A stretch of 64,000 nucleotides of DNA. Source: Adineta vaga. Lineage: Eukaryota; Animalia; Rotifera. Both the position numbers and the translations under genes were made by a program. The notes under the pieces were generated by a model. That model saw nothing but the letters and a program-made list of their open reading frames with translations. It made no database searches and had not been told where the DNA came from. The stretch is taken from positions 9,362,001-9,426,000 of the forward strand of contig CP075493.1 in the NCBI GenBank assembly GCA_021613535.1, read 5' to 3'. Positions 40,268-52,567 of the stretch are shown piece after piece (the stretch's first letter is position 1; each line of letters begins with the position of its first letter).

Positions 40268-41108
40268 TTGAAATAGCAAGAGTTTACAATAGTTTTATTG
40301 ATCAACTTGATATTAATTACTGATTCTTTTGATGGTAAAAACGTTTTTTTAAATAAAATCTATCGTGTATTTTGTCATTTTGTATTCCGTAAAGATGAAT
40401 ATTGACTTTTTGATGGTTGGTATAAAAAGTGATCGAATACTGAGAATTTTATTTCATTATATTGAATGTATAATTTCTTTGATTTTTTCCCCCTATTATC
40501 TATTAGTAAGCAAACACTTGCTCTTGTGTGCATAATGTACGAAAAGAAAAATAGAAAGAAACGATAAAAAAAGTCGAAGAGAAAAACGTGCGCTAGAAGT
40601 GGAGTGACATATGGTGAAAAAGAAAAGGTAGAAACGAGGGGTATGTATATGTTTATTTTTATCTATAGAAAACATTGAAATTGTCGCTTACATAAGATTA
40701 GGAAAAAACGAGTAAAATAATCAGCATTCTCAAGATAATTTATCGTCTTTATTAGAAAACAATCATTGTTAAGTGAATGATTTTATTTTCTCGTACATAA
40801 ATAAAAAAGCAGGAATTATATAGGCAAACTTCGTTATTGGAAATTATCAGCGACGTACTTTTATCTTAAAGTATGAACGATAATTTTTAGAGTTACAAAT
40901 TCTATCTAGACTTCTCTAAAAGCATTGTTTCATGATAGATAAATAGTGCGGTAACCATTGCCTGAATTCTTTATCTACTTTAAGGAGCAACCTGTATTCA
41001 TATGTTATCTGAAAAGAACGTCTATTTATCTTCATATAAATAATAGTTCCCAAAATACTTTTCTTTTTGTTTAGTTTCAAATAACAGAAGAAAAAAAACG
41101 TCGTCGAT

Positions 41109-43514
41109 ATGATGAATATACGTTGGTTCTTATTTTGTAACTTTGTCATTTTTATTCATGCACAAACCGGATCGTTTCCTGATTGTAAATCAGGTCCACT
41201 TTCCACATTCCCTATATGTGATCAAAATCTTCCGTCTCGTCAACGAGCTTCTGACCTTATTAAACGTATGACGACAGCTGAAAAAATTACACAATTGGTC
41301 ACAACGGCTGCTGCTATACCTCGATTAGGTTTACCGAAATTTGAATGGTGGTCCGAAGCATTACATGGTGTTGCTTATTCACCTGGTGTTTCATTCGGTG
41401 GTGATCTACCAGCAGCAAGTAGTTTTCCAATGCCAATCAATCTTGGTGCAACATTTAATATGAGTCTTGTTCACCATATTGCCGGCATTATTTCAACAGA
41501 AGCACGAGCATTCAATAATGAAGGTCGTGCAGGATTAGTTTTCTTTACACCGAATATAAATATTTTTCGTGATCCACGTTGGGGTCGTGGACAAGAAACA
41601 CCCGGTGAAGATCCTTTTCTAACATCACAATATGTTTATGCATTAATCAATGGTTTACAACGTGGTGAAGATGAACGATATTTGAAAATAGCTGCTGATT
41701 GTAAACATTATGCAGCTTATGATTTAGAAAATTGGAATGGAACTGATCGTTTTCATTTCGATGCGCGTGTTAGTGATCTTGATCTTATTGAAACTTATAT
41801 GCCACCATTTGAAACTTGCATACGTGATGCAAAAGTTGCAAGTATTATGTGTAGTTACAATGCAGTCAATGGTGTTCCATCATGTGGTAATCAATTTATA
41901 CTTGAAACTATCGCACGGTATGGAAAAAGAATGCAAATAGTTACTTTTGTTTTTCACTAAAACAATGTTTGTATTTGTTTATTATCTAGTGAATCATATC
42001 ATCTCGATGGTTTCGTTGTTAGTGATTGTGGTGCTGTTGCAACAATTATGGATGGACATCATTATACATCAACGGTAGAAGATACGGTCGCTGTTGCTTT
42101 ACATGCTGGTACAGATCTTAATTGTGGCGATTTCTATTTAAAACATACACAAGAAGCATTAGATAAGAAAACAATTGTTGAAGCAGATATTGATCAAGCT
42201 TTAGAACGAACATTCAATGTTCTCGTTCGTCTTGGTTATTTTGATCCACCAGAACAACAACCATATCGAAAATTATCCCATGATGATGTTGATACAATTG
42301 AATCAAGACAATTATCATTACAAGCTGCTCAAGAGAGTATCGTTTTATTAAAGAATACAAATAAAGCATTACCATTGGATATGAATCAATTAAAGAATAA
42401 GAAAATTGCTTTAATTGGACCAACAGCCAATGCTACTGAATTAATGCAAGGAAATTATTATGGTAAAGCACCATTTTTAACTGGTCCAGTCACTGCATTT
42501 CAAGGAATAACTTTTGGTAAATCATGTTTGAATAAATAATTCTTCACCTAGTTTTATGTTTTGCTTTTCATTTAAGGTCATTCAATCAATGTTAGTTATG
42601 CTTATGGATGTAAAATTGCTGATGGTGATCAAAGTGGTTTTAGTGCAGCTATTGAATTAGCTAAATCATCTGATATCGTTATTTTCTTTGGTGGAATTGA
42701 TCAATCAATTGAGTCAGAAGGACACGATCGTACATCCATCGCTTTACCTGATGTTCAATTACTTTTGATTCAAGAGTTGGAAAAAGTCGTTCGTTCACCT
42801 CTTCATGTTGTCATCATGTCTGGTAGTGGTCTTGATCTTTCCTATGTACGTGATTCTAGTCAATGCGGAAGTCTTATTTGGATGGGCTATGCCGGACAAT
42901 CTGGTGGTCTTGCTTTAGCAAATGTTATGTTTGGTGATTATAATCCTGGTGGACGCTTACCAATTACAATCTATCCTGCATCTTATGTTGATGCTGTTAG
43001 TATGTTTGATATGCAAATGCGACCATCACCAACAAATCCTGGTCGAACATATAAATTTTATACTGGACAAGCTGTATATGAATTTGGTCATGGTCTTTCA
43101 TATACAACATTTCAATATACATGGTATAATGACACAACAGAATCTAGAATGTCAATAAAATCCTTGATGACAAATAATTATAATGAAAATAAAGTACAAA
43201 TTCATCTTTATCGTGTTAATGTAACCAATACAGGTTCGGTGGCAGGTGATGATGCTGTCCTTGGATTCGTCGTACCACCACAACGATCATTAAACGGTCA
43301 AACACCACCTTTGAAGAAATTATTCGGTTTTGAACGTGTTCATCTGAATGTTGGTGAAACAAAACAAATCTTCTTTCCATTTAATGCCCAATCATTATTA
43401 ACAATAGCACATGATGGATCGAAATGGTTAGAGCCAGGTGCATATCAAATTGTCATTGGAAAACAATCTATGCATACAATTCATTTGTATGGCAAACCAG
43501 CTCGATGGTCGTAA
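41109..43514 (+). CDS. Secreted GH3 beta-D-xylosidase / alpha-L-arabinofuranosidase (plant BXL / fungal XlnD type)
   Basis: Signal peptide; WWSEALHG, PNINIFRDPRWGRGQETPGEDP, KHYAAY, MCSYN, VVSDCGAV (nucleophile Asp), ESEGHDR (acid/base Glu region), PGRTYKFY, FGHGLSYT and a Fn3-like C-terminus; introns 41918-41989 and 42517-42576. Confidence 0.96.
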
Positions 43515-43835
43515 ATATATATTTGATCGAGAGACACGGTGCCTTTTTTTGCTTCTATAATTATGAGATTGCAGAATAAATAATGAATTCACAAAGAAAA
43601 CTGATTGATTATACTCATCTGTCATATTCGGTATATGTAGTAACTCTAACATCAGCACATATAATTTTGTGAGTCAATATTAAAATTACATCACATTTAT
43701 TTGATATACTATTCACTAGGTATATATAACAAAGGAAAAAAACATCATGAAAAGTACAACTGTAGAGATAAAAAGCATATCTATTAAATGATTATATAGA
43801 TATTACAATTTTCATTGACATACATGAAAACATCG

Positions 43836-44105
43836 TTAACAACAGCAATCATCATTGTCACAGAACGGAGATTCGCTGCAAAATGAACTACAACATGCAC
43901 CAATACATAAACAGCAACAGATTTGAGTTAAACAATCGGTAAGATTAGCCATGTTACAAATTGATGATGAATCGCTCTGACGAGTTGAATTCGATGTCGA
44001 ATTCATTGCAGGTGAAATTGGTTGAGATTGAGATTCACCACTGTTTGATAATTGTGATTGTTGAGTTATTCGATATTGTTTAGCTCGTGATATGTCATTC
44101 GACAT
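43836..44105 (-). CDS. Small protein with Cys-rich C-terminus (CYSTM-like)
   Basis: 89 aa; Q/S-rich N-half, then CLTQICCCLCIGACCSSFC...DCCC*. Confidence 0.6.
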   Translation of the reverse strand: MSNDISRAKQYRITQQSQLSNSGESQSQPISPAMNSTSNSTRQSDSSSICNMANLTDCLTQICCCLCIGACCSSFCSESPFCDNDDCCC

Positions 44106-44494
44106 TACGTACGTATTTTATCTATTGAATCAAAGTTTATGTTTGAGACGATAAATGAAAGCAGAATATGAAGAACATTATCGACCTCCCGCATACTCAC
44201 AAACGGCACGCAAAAACTTATCGAGGTAAAATGACATAAAAGAAGAAAGGACTGATTTACTTTTTTAACCAATCAATGTTGCGAAGTATTAAAAAAGTCA
44301 ACACATTCTATTATACTACATCCAGTATAGTAATATAAGAATGTTTAATAAATATTACATGTCTTCCATATGATGAAAAAAAAACGCTGTTGATTCATTT
44401 CTTTATGTCAGTATTTTATTTTTAATTGAAGGAATTCGTATAAAACAATAACTACACGAAAACAAAACAGTCAAATGTTATCGACAATATGCAT

Positions 44495-46669
44495 TTATAT
44501 TGGTGTAAATTCAATTTGAAATCGAAATTTTGCATCTTGTTCATAATAGATAGGAAATGCTGTATTCCAAAGATTATTATGAAGATTAATAAATAATCCA
44601 TTTTTTCCTATACCTTGACAATCAGGTAGAGAATTATCAAAATTTAACAAATAATCTGTTGAACCAATCGAAAGTAACGGAGCATCAAATGAATGAAGTG
44701 TAAAAACGACTCGTTCACTTTTATTATCATAAAAACGGACACCTTTATGCCCAATAGCATGTAATCGTCTTGATCCATAATCAACGATATTCGATGGATC
44801 AACATCATATCCAAGTACATCGATTTTCCATTGATTACATGTTTTTGAAATAAGAGGTAGGATTGGATTAAATTCTAACCAAATTGATTCCGGAAGACGC
44901 GTAGCCGTCTTATTAAACCACTGTAATTCAATGGATATAGTTCTTGGAGATCGTGCTGGAAATGTATAACTAATCCAGATCGTTCGACTTCCACCGTAGG
45001 TTTCAATAATTTTCTTTGGAAATGTCAGTTGAATAAGGAATGTTTGATTCGTATGATCTTTCCACATTGATACAAGTTTGGGAACAATTGTTTGACTGGA
45101 AGAATTTGTTAAACCTGGTTTAGCAAAATCACCACATGGTGGACCACAATCAGGATTAAATTGTAAATTAAAACGATCAAAATCATCATTTGAATAGGTT
45201 TTATATTGAATACTACCTATTGTATTATTAATATTTGAGAAATTGTTTCCTTGATTATCTTGAAGATAAACGATGGCACCTGTCGTATAATTAAAACCGA
45301 TAGAAAAAGATTTTGTTTGAAATAAATAATAATCTTTTGTTCGATTGATTGGTAGAATAATATGAGTAAATTGACTTAGATTTGGAAGTGATGGTTCAAG
45401 TTTTTTTAGAGTATTTCGAATAAGTTTAATTAACGAAGGATCAGAAGTATTTACTGGATATAAATACGAACGAGCTTCTTTCCAACCTTGTTCTAACAAT
45501 TGAAAATCACTACCATTTCGAACATGTGTAAATTCGTTATTGTGATAATTAAATGCGTAGTTTTCCGGTTTCAAATAACACCCTGTACATAAACCCCAGT
45601 TATGTTCAGGATTTTTCAATAAACGAAATGAATAATTATATAATGTGGATGATGATTGTTGATCAAGTAATAATCTTGATATTTGTCGATAAGCAGATTG
45701 TTTATAAGGATCAGCAGCTACACCATATAACCATGTTGATCCCCATTCATCTGTTATGACAGGTAATTGATCTTTGCATGAATTCAAGAGAGATTGACTG
45801 AATTTTTCAAGAGTACTTGCTGTAATTTCTGCATTAGGATAAGAAATTTTAATTTCTGACCAGACGCGAATAACCTCAGCTATATCATGCGGTGGTCCAG
45901 AATTATCTAATGTAAAATGATAAATCATTGCTTGATCAAAACCTGACAAAACAACATCTCCACCATAAATACATGATTCAGCGGAACAGGGTGTCGTTGC
46001 TGTTGGTTTATTATACATCATAACTAATAATTCTGTATTTGTTTGTTCGTGTTTCCACATAAATGCAGGTGGTAAATCAGCACCGCGACAATTGAGATTA
46101 ACACCGATATGAACGGATTTGATTCCATTTTCAGCAAATATTGGTATCGTACTTATCGGATGACCCATATCATCTTTATGTGATGCACTCGTTTTTCTCG
46201 TTTGATGAAAGCGATCATCTAATATCGCCGATATGCTTAATGACATATTAAATAAATTTTTATCCATCATCGGAATAAACATGGAAAATGCATGTGCATG
46301 CCAAGTAATATCACCTTGTTTAATTGCTTTTTCAACTAATTCAATTGTTGTACTATTGGGTCGTTCAGTGGTACATTGTGCAATATTATCGAAAAATTCC
46401 AGAAGTATCCATGGATGTGTGGTGAAAATGAAACGTTCTTCACCACCACGATCACGAAGTTGTTGTGCAAGATGTGCCGCATTTGGTAAATGTTCATTAA
46501 AATAGAGTGAACAAACATTCGCTGCAAAATTTGTAAAACCAACATCTAAATGTGTCATAGATACGACATGAACTTTTTTGATCCATGGATATGTAACACT
46601 TGATGAATTCGATTTTGATAATTGATAATAAATTAAGAAGAATAATAAGCAAAAAAGTAAACGAAACAT
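44495..46669 (-). CDS. Secreted DUF5054 / GH38-like glycoside hydrolase, intronless
   Basis: Signal peptide MFRLLFCLLFFLIYYQLSKS (ORF Met39); KKVHVVSMTHLDVGFT (HxD metal motif), GDITWHA, HKDDMGHP, DNSGPP, EWGSTWLYGVAADPYK, PEHNWGL, KTATRLPESIW, NLHNNLWNTAFP, the motif set of bacterial DUF5054 proteins. Confidence 0.85.
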   Translation of the reverse strand: MFRLLFCLLFFLIYYQLSKSNSSSVTYPWIKKVHVVSMTHLDVGFTNFAANVCSLYFNEHLPNAAHLAQQLRDRGGEERFIFTTHPWILLEFFDNIAQCTTERPNSTTIELVEKAIKQGDITWHAHAFSMFIPMMDKNLFNMSLSISAILDDRFHQTRKTSASHKDDMGHPISTIPIFAENGIKSVHIGVNLNCRGADLPPAFMWKHEQTNTELLVMMYNKPTATTPCSAESCIYGGDVVLSGFDQAMIYHFTLDNSGPPHDIAEVIRVWSEIKISYPNAEITASTLEKFSQSLLNSCKDQLPVITDEWGSTWLYGVAADPYKQSAYRQISRLLLDQQSSSTLYNYSFRLLKNPEHNWGLCTGCYLKPENYAFNYHNNEFTHVRNGSDFQLLEQGWKEARSYLYPVNTSDPSLIKLIRNTLKKLEPSLPNLSQFTHIILPINRTKDYYLFQTKSFSIGFNYTTGAIVYLQDNQGNNFSNINNTIGSIQYKTYSNDDFDRFNLQFNPDCGPPCGDFAKPGLTNSSSQTIVPKLVSMWKDHTNQTFLIQLTFPKKIIETYGGSRTIWISYTFPARSPRTISIELQWFNKTATRLPESIWLEFNPILPLISKTCNQWKIDVLGYDVDPSNIVDYGSRRLHAIGHKGVRFYDNKSERVVFTLHSFDAPLLSIGSTDYLLNFDNSLPDCQGIGKNGLFINLHNNLWNTAFPIYYEQDAKFRFQIEFTPI

Positions 46670-47056
46670 AATCCTTGAATTGGTGATAATGTCGCTGGTA
46701 TAGTTAACAACTCGCGAAGAGAGATAAGAACGAGAAGAGATAATTGTTTTTTCATGCATTGTATCAGATAAGATTGGTTTCATTGAATGATAAGTAAGTT
46801 ATGTTGATCTAATTCAAAATATGAAGAACAATTATCGATCGATTCATTTGTGAATTAACAATGTACAATAAAAACAAAGTGCATCATGTACGAGATGTAA
46901 TTAATATCGAAATAATTTGATCTGATCTTTCTATTACTCACTACAGCGTGTAGAGACTAACTTTTGTTTCATTGCCTATTAGAATTTAGATGCACTCAAC
47001 GTATGCTTTGATCGAAAAAGAAAACTAGAGGGTACTCGAGCTTCACTCTAGTACAG

Positions 47057-47472
47057 AATGCGATGCGATTAGCATTCGTTAAGATGATTTTAATCATCAT
47101 TTGTTCTATCTTTTTTCATGTATGCTGCTATCAGCTGTAAAACATCTGTGGAACGAACTTCGCGCCTAGCTTTTCTTCTTAACAACTTGATTTTAATTAT
47201 CTCACAAAATTTAACAGTCAAAATCGTCTTTTTCTGAGCTTCCTGCATACGTATAGAACGTCACAAATAAATTATGTTTACAGAGTTTTCAAGTAGAGTT
47301 TCGATATTTTTATTTTGTTTTTGAATGAAATTTTTCTGATGTCCAGTTCTCGAGATCATCGCGTAACTAAATGAGGACTTGAGATGCGTACGTCGAGAAA
47401 GGAGTCAGGAAATAAAAAAAGAAAAATCAAGAAGCACTGCAGTAATGCTCAGCTCATTCTTCGCATCGCATT
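47057..47472. mobile_element. Candidate MITE / non-autonomous TIR element remnant
   Basis: Perfect 12-bp inverted repeat AATGCGATGCGA (47057-47068) / TCGCATCGCATT (47461-47472), each end also with an inner AGCATT; 416-bp non-coding span; no clear target-site duplication. Confidence 0.45.
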
Positions 47473-47647
47473 AAATACAAAGAAACATTAAGTAGAATTT
47501 ATAAGTCTTCATAGATGTCTATATATTTTATTAATTTTCAACAAAAAATTTCTTTTTGATCAGGAAACCCAATCTTGTTTTTTTTTCTATACATTATATA
47601 AAACATAAACATGACAAATAACTGTGAAATTTTAAGTTTTGCTTTTT

Positions 47648-50600
47648 CTATGATGAATGTAATGTATGTCTGTAGGATTGAATTGTTCGAAAGATATTCC
47701 AAAGAAAAATAATCATTGTTAATAACAAAAGATTCCATGGGAAATTATTTCCACCAATAGTAAAACGTAAAAGAATATAGATGACAAAAAGGAGTACTAA
47801 TGTACGTATATCAGCAAAATGTCGAAAATTAATTTGTGCTGTTCGGATAGAATGAAATCGTTGATCATTTGGACCATAGAATAATTGACGAAAGAATGCA
47901 CCAAGAAAATCTGAACGATTATATAAGGAATTGATTCGATCAGCGTACTAAGAACAGAGAAAAGATGAAGAATTCAATGATGAAAGAAAATATAGATATA
48001 CTCGAAGATTGATGTTTTCGGACAATTGACGATTGAACCAAAGCAATGGACGAATTTCAAAAAGATTTGGTGGAGATAAAATTGGATTTTCTAATTCATA
48101 TGGTGAATAGGAAGTATTTAAAGATGTTTCAGTCATTGATGTTGATAAAGACTGAAAGAATAAAATAAATTCAATGAAAGAAAATGTTCGTTAACAAAAT
48201 CATACTTTATTTCCTTGAAATGATATATCTAATGGATGAGTTAAAGATGGTTCATCTTCATGAATTGTTGTATCGAATATATTTGGATCAACCTTGTAAG
48301 TGAAGTTTGTTGTTTTTTTTCTCTAACAATCTTATTTGTTTAACTTACGCGAAAAAGTTCCATAAATTTATTCTTTGTATTGGTTAATTGTTCGACAGTA
48401 TCTGAAGGTAGAAGTGGTTTAATTTGAACAGTTTTTGTTGTCGTTTGTGAAGGTTTTAAAAAAGGAATTTTCAGTAGAGCTCGTTGGAATAATTCACGAG
48501 CATTTGTTGAAACAATTTGTGCTGCTTGAGAAGTTCGATGCTTTTCCTCATCAGCTATTCGTTGATTTTCTTCTATTCGACGTTCATTTTTTTGAATAAC
48601 ACATGCAATTTTTCGTAAACAACCTAACATAATCGTTTGAGTTTCATCACACAAGATCGAATATGTTGGTCGAGGACCATCTGGTGATGATGGGGGAGAT
48701 ATACGTTGTTTATTCGATGAATATGGATTTGTATGAGAATACATTGCTATTTGTTCAGCTAGTGAGAAAAAAACGATTTCAAAAGAGCAAGAATCTCAGA
48801 TTAAATATTACCTTTTAAAACTAATGTAGAGAAATTCTTTGCAGAAAAAACCTAAGAATAAAGGAAACATCGTATTGAAATGAATGATGATCAAAATGTT
48901 AACTATACATTGGCTAATTTGTTGATCAATTGTGAAATGAGTGCATTTGTTAGATCTGTTTTTTGTAAACGATCAACAGCAAGTTGAAAGAGTCGACCGT
49001 AAAAAGGTAGATTATGTTCGACAAAATTGATATTTTCTGTAGTCATAATAGATTGATCTTGTGGTGTAGTATCTTGATCAGTTGTTGTTGTATCAAGTAG
49101 ATTGGTGGCTTTGTGATCATTCGAAAGTGTTTGTGGACCGAATCGCCATGGACGGATATAGGTATACCAAATAAAGAGAAGAGTATTGTAACGTTGATCG
49201 AGTGCACATCGAACAATACCAATTTGAAGAAGAGTATAAAGAGGTTGACGAACATAAGTATCGATGCATGTTCTACAAAGAAGAAAACAGATACAATACA
49301 TTAAAGAATTTATTATTCTTTTTCCACAAACCTTTTTAATGATTGTAATGGTACAAGAAGATTACGTTGTTCGAGTAAAGTCATGCCTGTATTTGCAAGC
49401 GAAGCATTATTTCCGCCAATACCAATTTGATATGAACAAAATAGATGAAGACGTTTAATAAACATTCGAATACAAAGCAAGTGAATATCGGATAAAGTAA
49501 ATTCCTAAAGAAACATAGATCATGACGGGTATCACATGCCTGGCATATTTTATTTACCTGAACAAGAATTGAACCACTATTCGTACCAAAGACCGATTTT
49601 GTTGGTTGAAATACATCAATTAGAAAAGCAACATAGGACTAAATGAAATTAAAAAGAAAACATTGAAATAATGAATCGTTCTATATTTTACTTTAATAAA
49701 ATAATCAATTTTCTTCATCAGTTCATTTGTATCTGCCGTTGTTGTTGATAGAACTGCAGGTTGTGATGATGGAAGTAGTGATGATGTTGGTGATGTATTC
49801 ATATTCATATTCATAGGTGTTCCTTCTCCATCATTACGTTGTTTGACATTCCCTCCAAATAGGTACGATTGTCGAATTGGACTCTTTCTGAAAAACAAAG
49901 CGATAGAAAATTGATAAAAGAAACATTCAGAAAATGATTTTTCTACTTTGGTGTTGTTTCGACAGGTATTGGTGATAGAAGACGTGAATCACCTACATGT
50001 GATGTTGCTAGAGAATTTGAAGTAGTTGTATTATTTGTCGGCATAAGAAGCAAACGAAATTCTTCGGCATCGACTAAATCAAGAAGTAGAAACATCCTAT
50101 TTGATTTTAGATATTTTTACAAACGTACTTGGTAGAAAAAGACATAAATACATTTCTAATATATTCAAATAAACAGAATCACTTCGCATTGGTCGTTCCT
50201 GTGTGAAAAAGAAAATAATAAATAGTTTCTTCGATTTTCTTTGTCTAAGGATTTTACTGTTGATTGTTGATCAGAAATCACATAAGAAAGTAAATGAAAA
50301 AGAAAATATTCAATAGGATCAAGTGCTAAAGATGTTAAATGTTGACCAGTTGTTGTCGTTCGTCCACGAACAATATCTGGTAAACATAAGGATGCTAATT
50401 TTGCACGTAAATGTAATGGTAAATCACTGATATTAAATTGAAATGTAAATTGTGGTGTATGATCCTGTAAACGAAGTAAAACTTTCCATAGTTCACCGTG
50501 CCAAGGTGACAAAAATTCTTGAATAATTGAAAATAGATTTGGACGATCGTTTCCAATATCACGTAATGACCAATCGAAGCGACCAAAACCGAATATTCGT

Positions 50601-50728
50601 CGAATTACATAAGGCAATTCAACATGAAGCTCTTGAACAGTCATTCGAGGAAGTTGATTAGTTAATTGAATACAGGCATCAATAGGACCTAGATCCAATA
50701 TGGAAACAAGAGAATGTCGAGTAAACAT
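47648..50728 (-). CDS. SMPD4: Sphingomyelin phosphodiesterase 4 (nSMase3)-like, multi-exon
   Basis: RRIFG...WSL; LDPIEYFLFHL; IWYTYIRPWRF; FVEHNLPFY; FEIRPLLWFNRQLSENIN; last exon INFRHFADIRTLVLLFVIYILL followed by the C-terminal hydrophobic anchor. Confidence 0.82.
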
Positions 50729-51098
50729 TTTCGATCTAAAATTTTGATGATAAAATAAAAATCTTGTTGTTGAACCAAAATTGAAACCACAAGCTACCAC
50801 AACTGAATGAAATTTTTGTATTCATATAGAATAATATATAAGAATCAAATCGATATATCCAATTCGAAGAATACAACAAAGATGGCAGTAACTTGCAATC
50901 AATTCTAACAGTCGTTCTAAGCTGATATATATATATATAACAAAATATCTGATTACTATTATCAAACGAAGACAATGTTACAAATTTTATTCTGAAAAAG
51001 AAAAGAAAACTATTTGGAGATATTGTTGATTTTCTCCATAGATGATTATCAAAATATAAACAAGATCGATGAAATTTTATTTTATTCCGATTTTGCCA

Positions 51099-52567
51099 TT
51101 AATCATACACTTTTCGTTTGTCTTCATTTAAAAATTTTTCACGTATATCATTATCTGTATCAACCGAGTCTCTTCCCATCGTTGAAAGAAACCATTCATC
51201 TAATGGTAACAATTCTAATTGTTTCAATGTTTTATATTGTGCGAGAAACCATAGACAGCCGAGCACGCAACAAACACTAACAAGAAGAGGATATGCGATT
51301 TCATTTGGTTTAATCCAACCAGCTAGATACAGAACAGTGGAGGCCATTAGACTTGCACCAAAATTTCCTATTGTATTTAATAATGTGATATATGTTCCAC
51401 CAATACATGGATCAGTAATACGAGCAAAAAAGCCTCCACGTGTAACAATCATCAAATAAACTAAAGATTCATTAACTAGAAAAATACCAATCAATATCGG
51501 ATAAAAATACCATTGAGATAAGATGTGAGGTGTAAAACAAACGTAGATTGCAATAATAATACTCATTAGAAGGCGAGGAAGATATGATCGATAATACCAA
51601 GTTAATGGTCGATTGGTTCGTGTCATACACAATGGAATTATAATTTTCACAACAATTAATGGAACACCAAGTAAACCAAGAGTTTCTTGAGGAACACCAT
51701 ATCTAGTATTTGAAATAGAAGAAATTATGTTTGAACGTATGTGGTTTTTGTTTACCTTTTTAAAACGAGATTTGTCATTGTATATGTTGCAGCATAACCA
51801 ATTGGACTGGTGAGAAAAATAAATGCTAATTGTCTTACACAGTTCTTCTTTAATAATTTGAATATTGATAAATAAGTTTGACTTACATCCATACAATTAT
51901 TCTCGTTTTTTCCTTTATTCATTGACGCGATACAGGTCGCAAGGACTAGAAAGGCAATTCCACAATATCGTACAAATTGTTCTAATGTAAATAATCCATA
52001 CGGTTGTTCTGACAATGATAATGGTTGACGAATATGTTGATTCACAAAACTAGCTGATTCAAATATCATTAAGATTGTAAAACCAATAAAACGACCTGTT
52101 GTTTGTCCAACTGTTTGACATGTTGATGCCCATTGAAGATTATATTTAGCTAAAAGTGTCAATGCCCATCCATCGACACATGTATCTTGACTAGCCAAAA
52201 GAAAATAAAGAAAGAAAAATATACATGTTAATAAATTAATTCTTAATTGTTCAATAAGAGTCATTAATGAAAACGAAAGAATAATAAGTGTTATTCCAAT
52301 TGAGAGTTGAATTGGAACAAGCCAAGTTTTTCTTCGACCAAAACGTGATATGTAGATTGCATCCAATATTGGTGCCCAACATAGTTTAAGGCTAAATGGA
52401 TAGAAAGCGAAATTGAATGTACCTTGTTCTTGCCATTTTGCACCACGTGAATCCAAATAGAGAGGAATTGCTGTTGTAAAACCAATGATAATACCTTGAA
52501 GAAGGTAAATTATCAAAAGAAATAAAACTCTAAACAATGGTACTGTTCTTGTGTTCATTTCGATCAT
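51099..52567 (-). CDS. SLC33A1: Acetyl-CoA transporter 1 (AT-1)-like, 2 exons
   Basis: YLLQGI, YPFSLKLCWAPILD, FGRRKTWLVPIQ, LASQDTCVDGWALTLL, STCQTVGQTTG, GVPQETL, DPCIGGTYITLLNTIGNFG. Confidence 0.93.
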
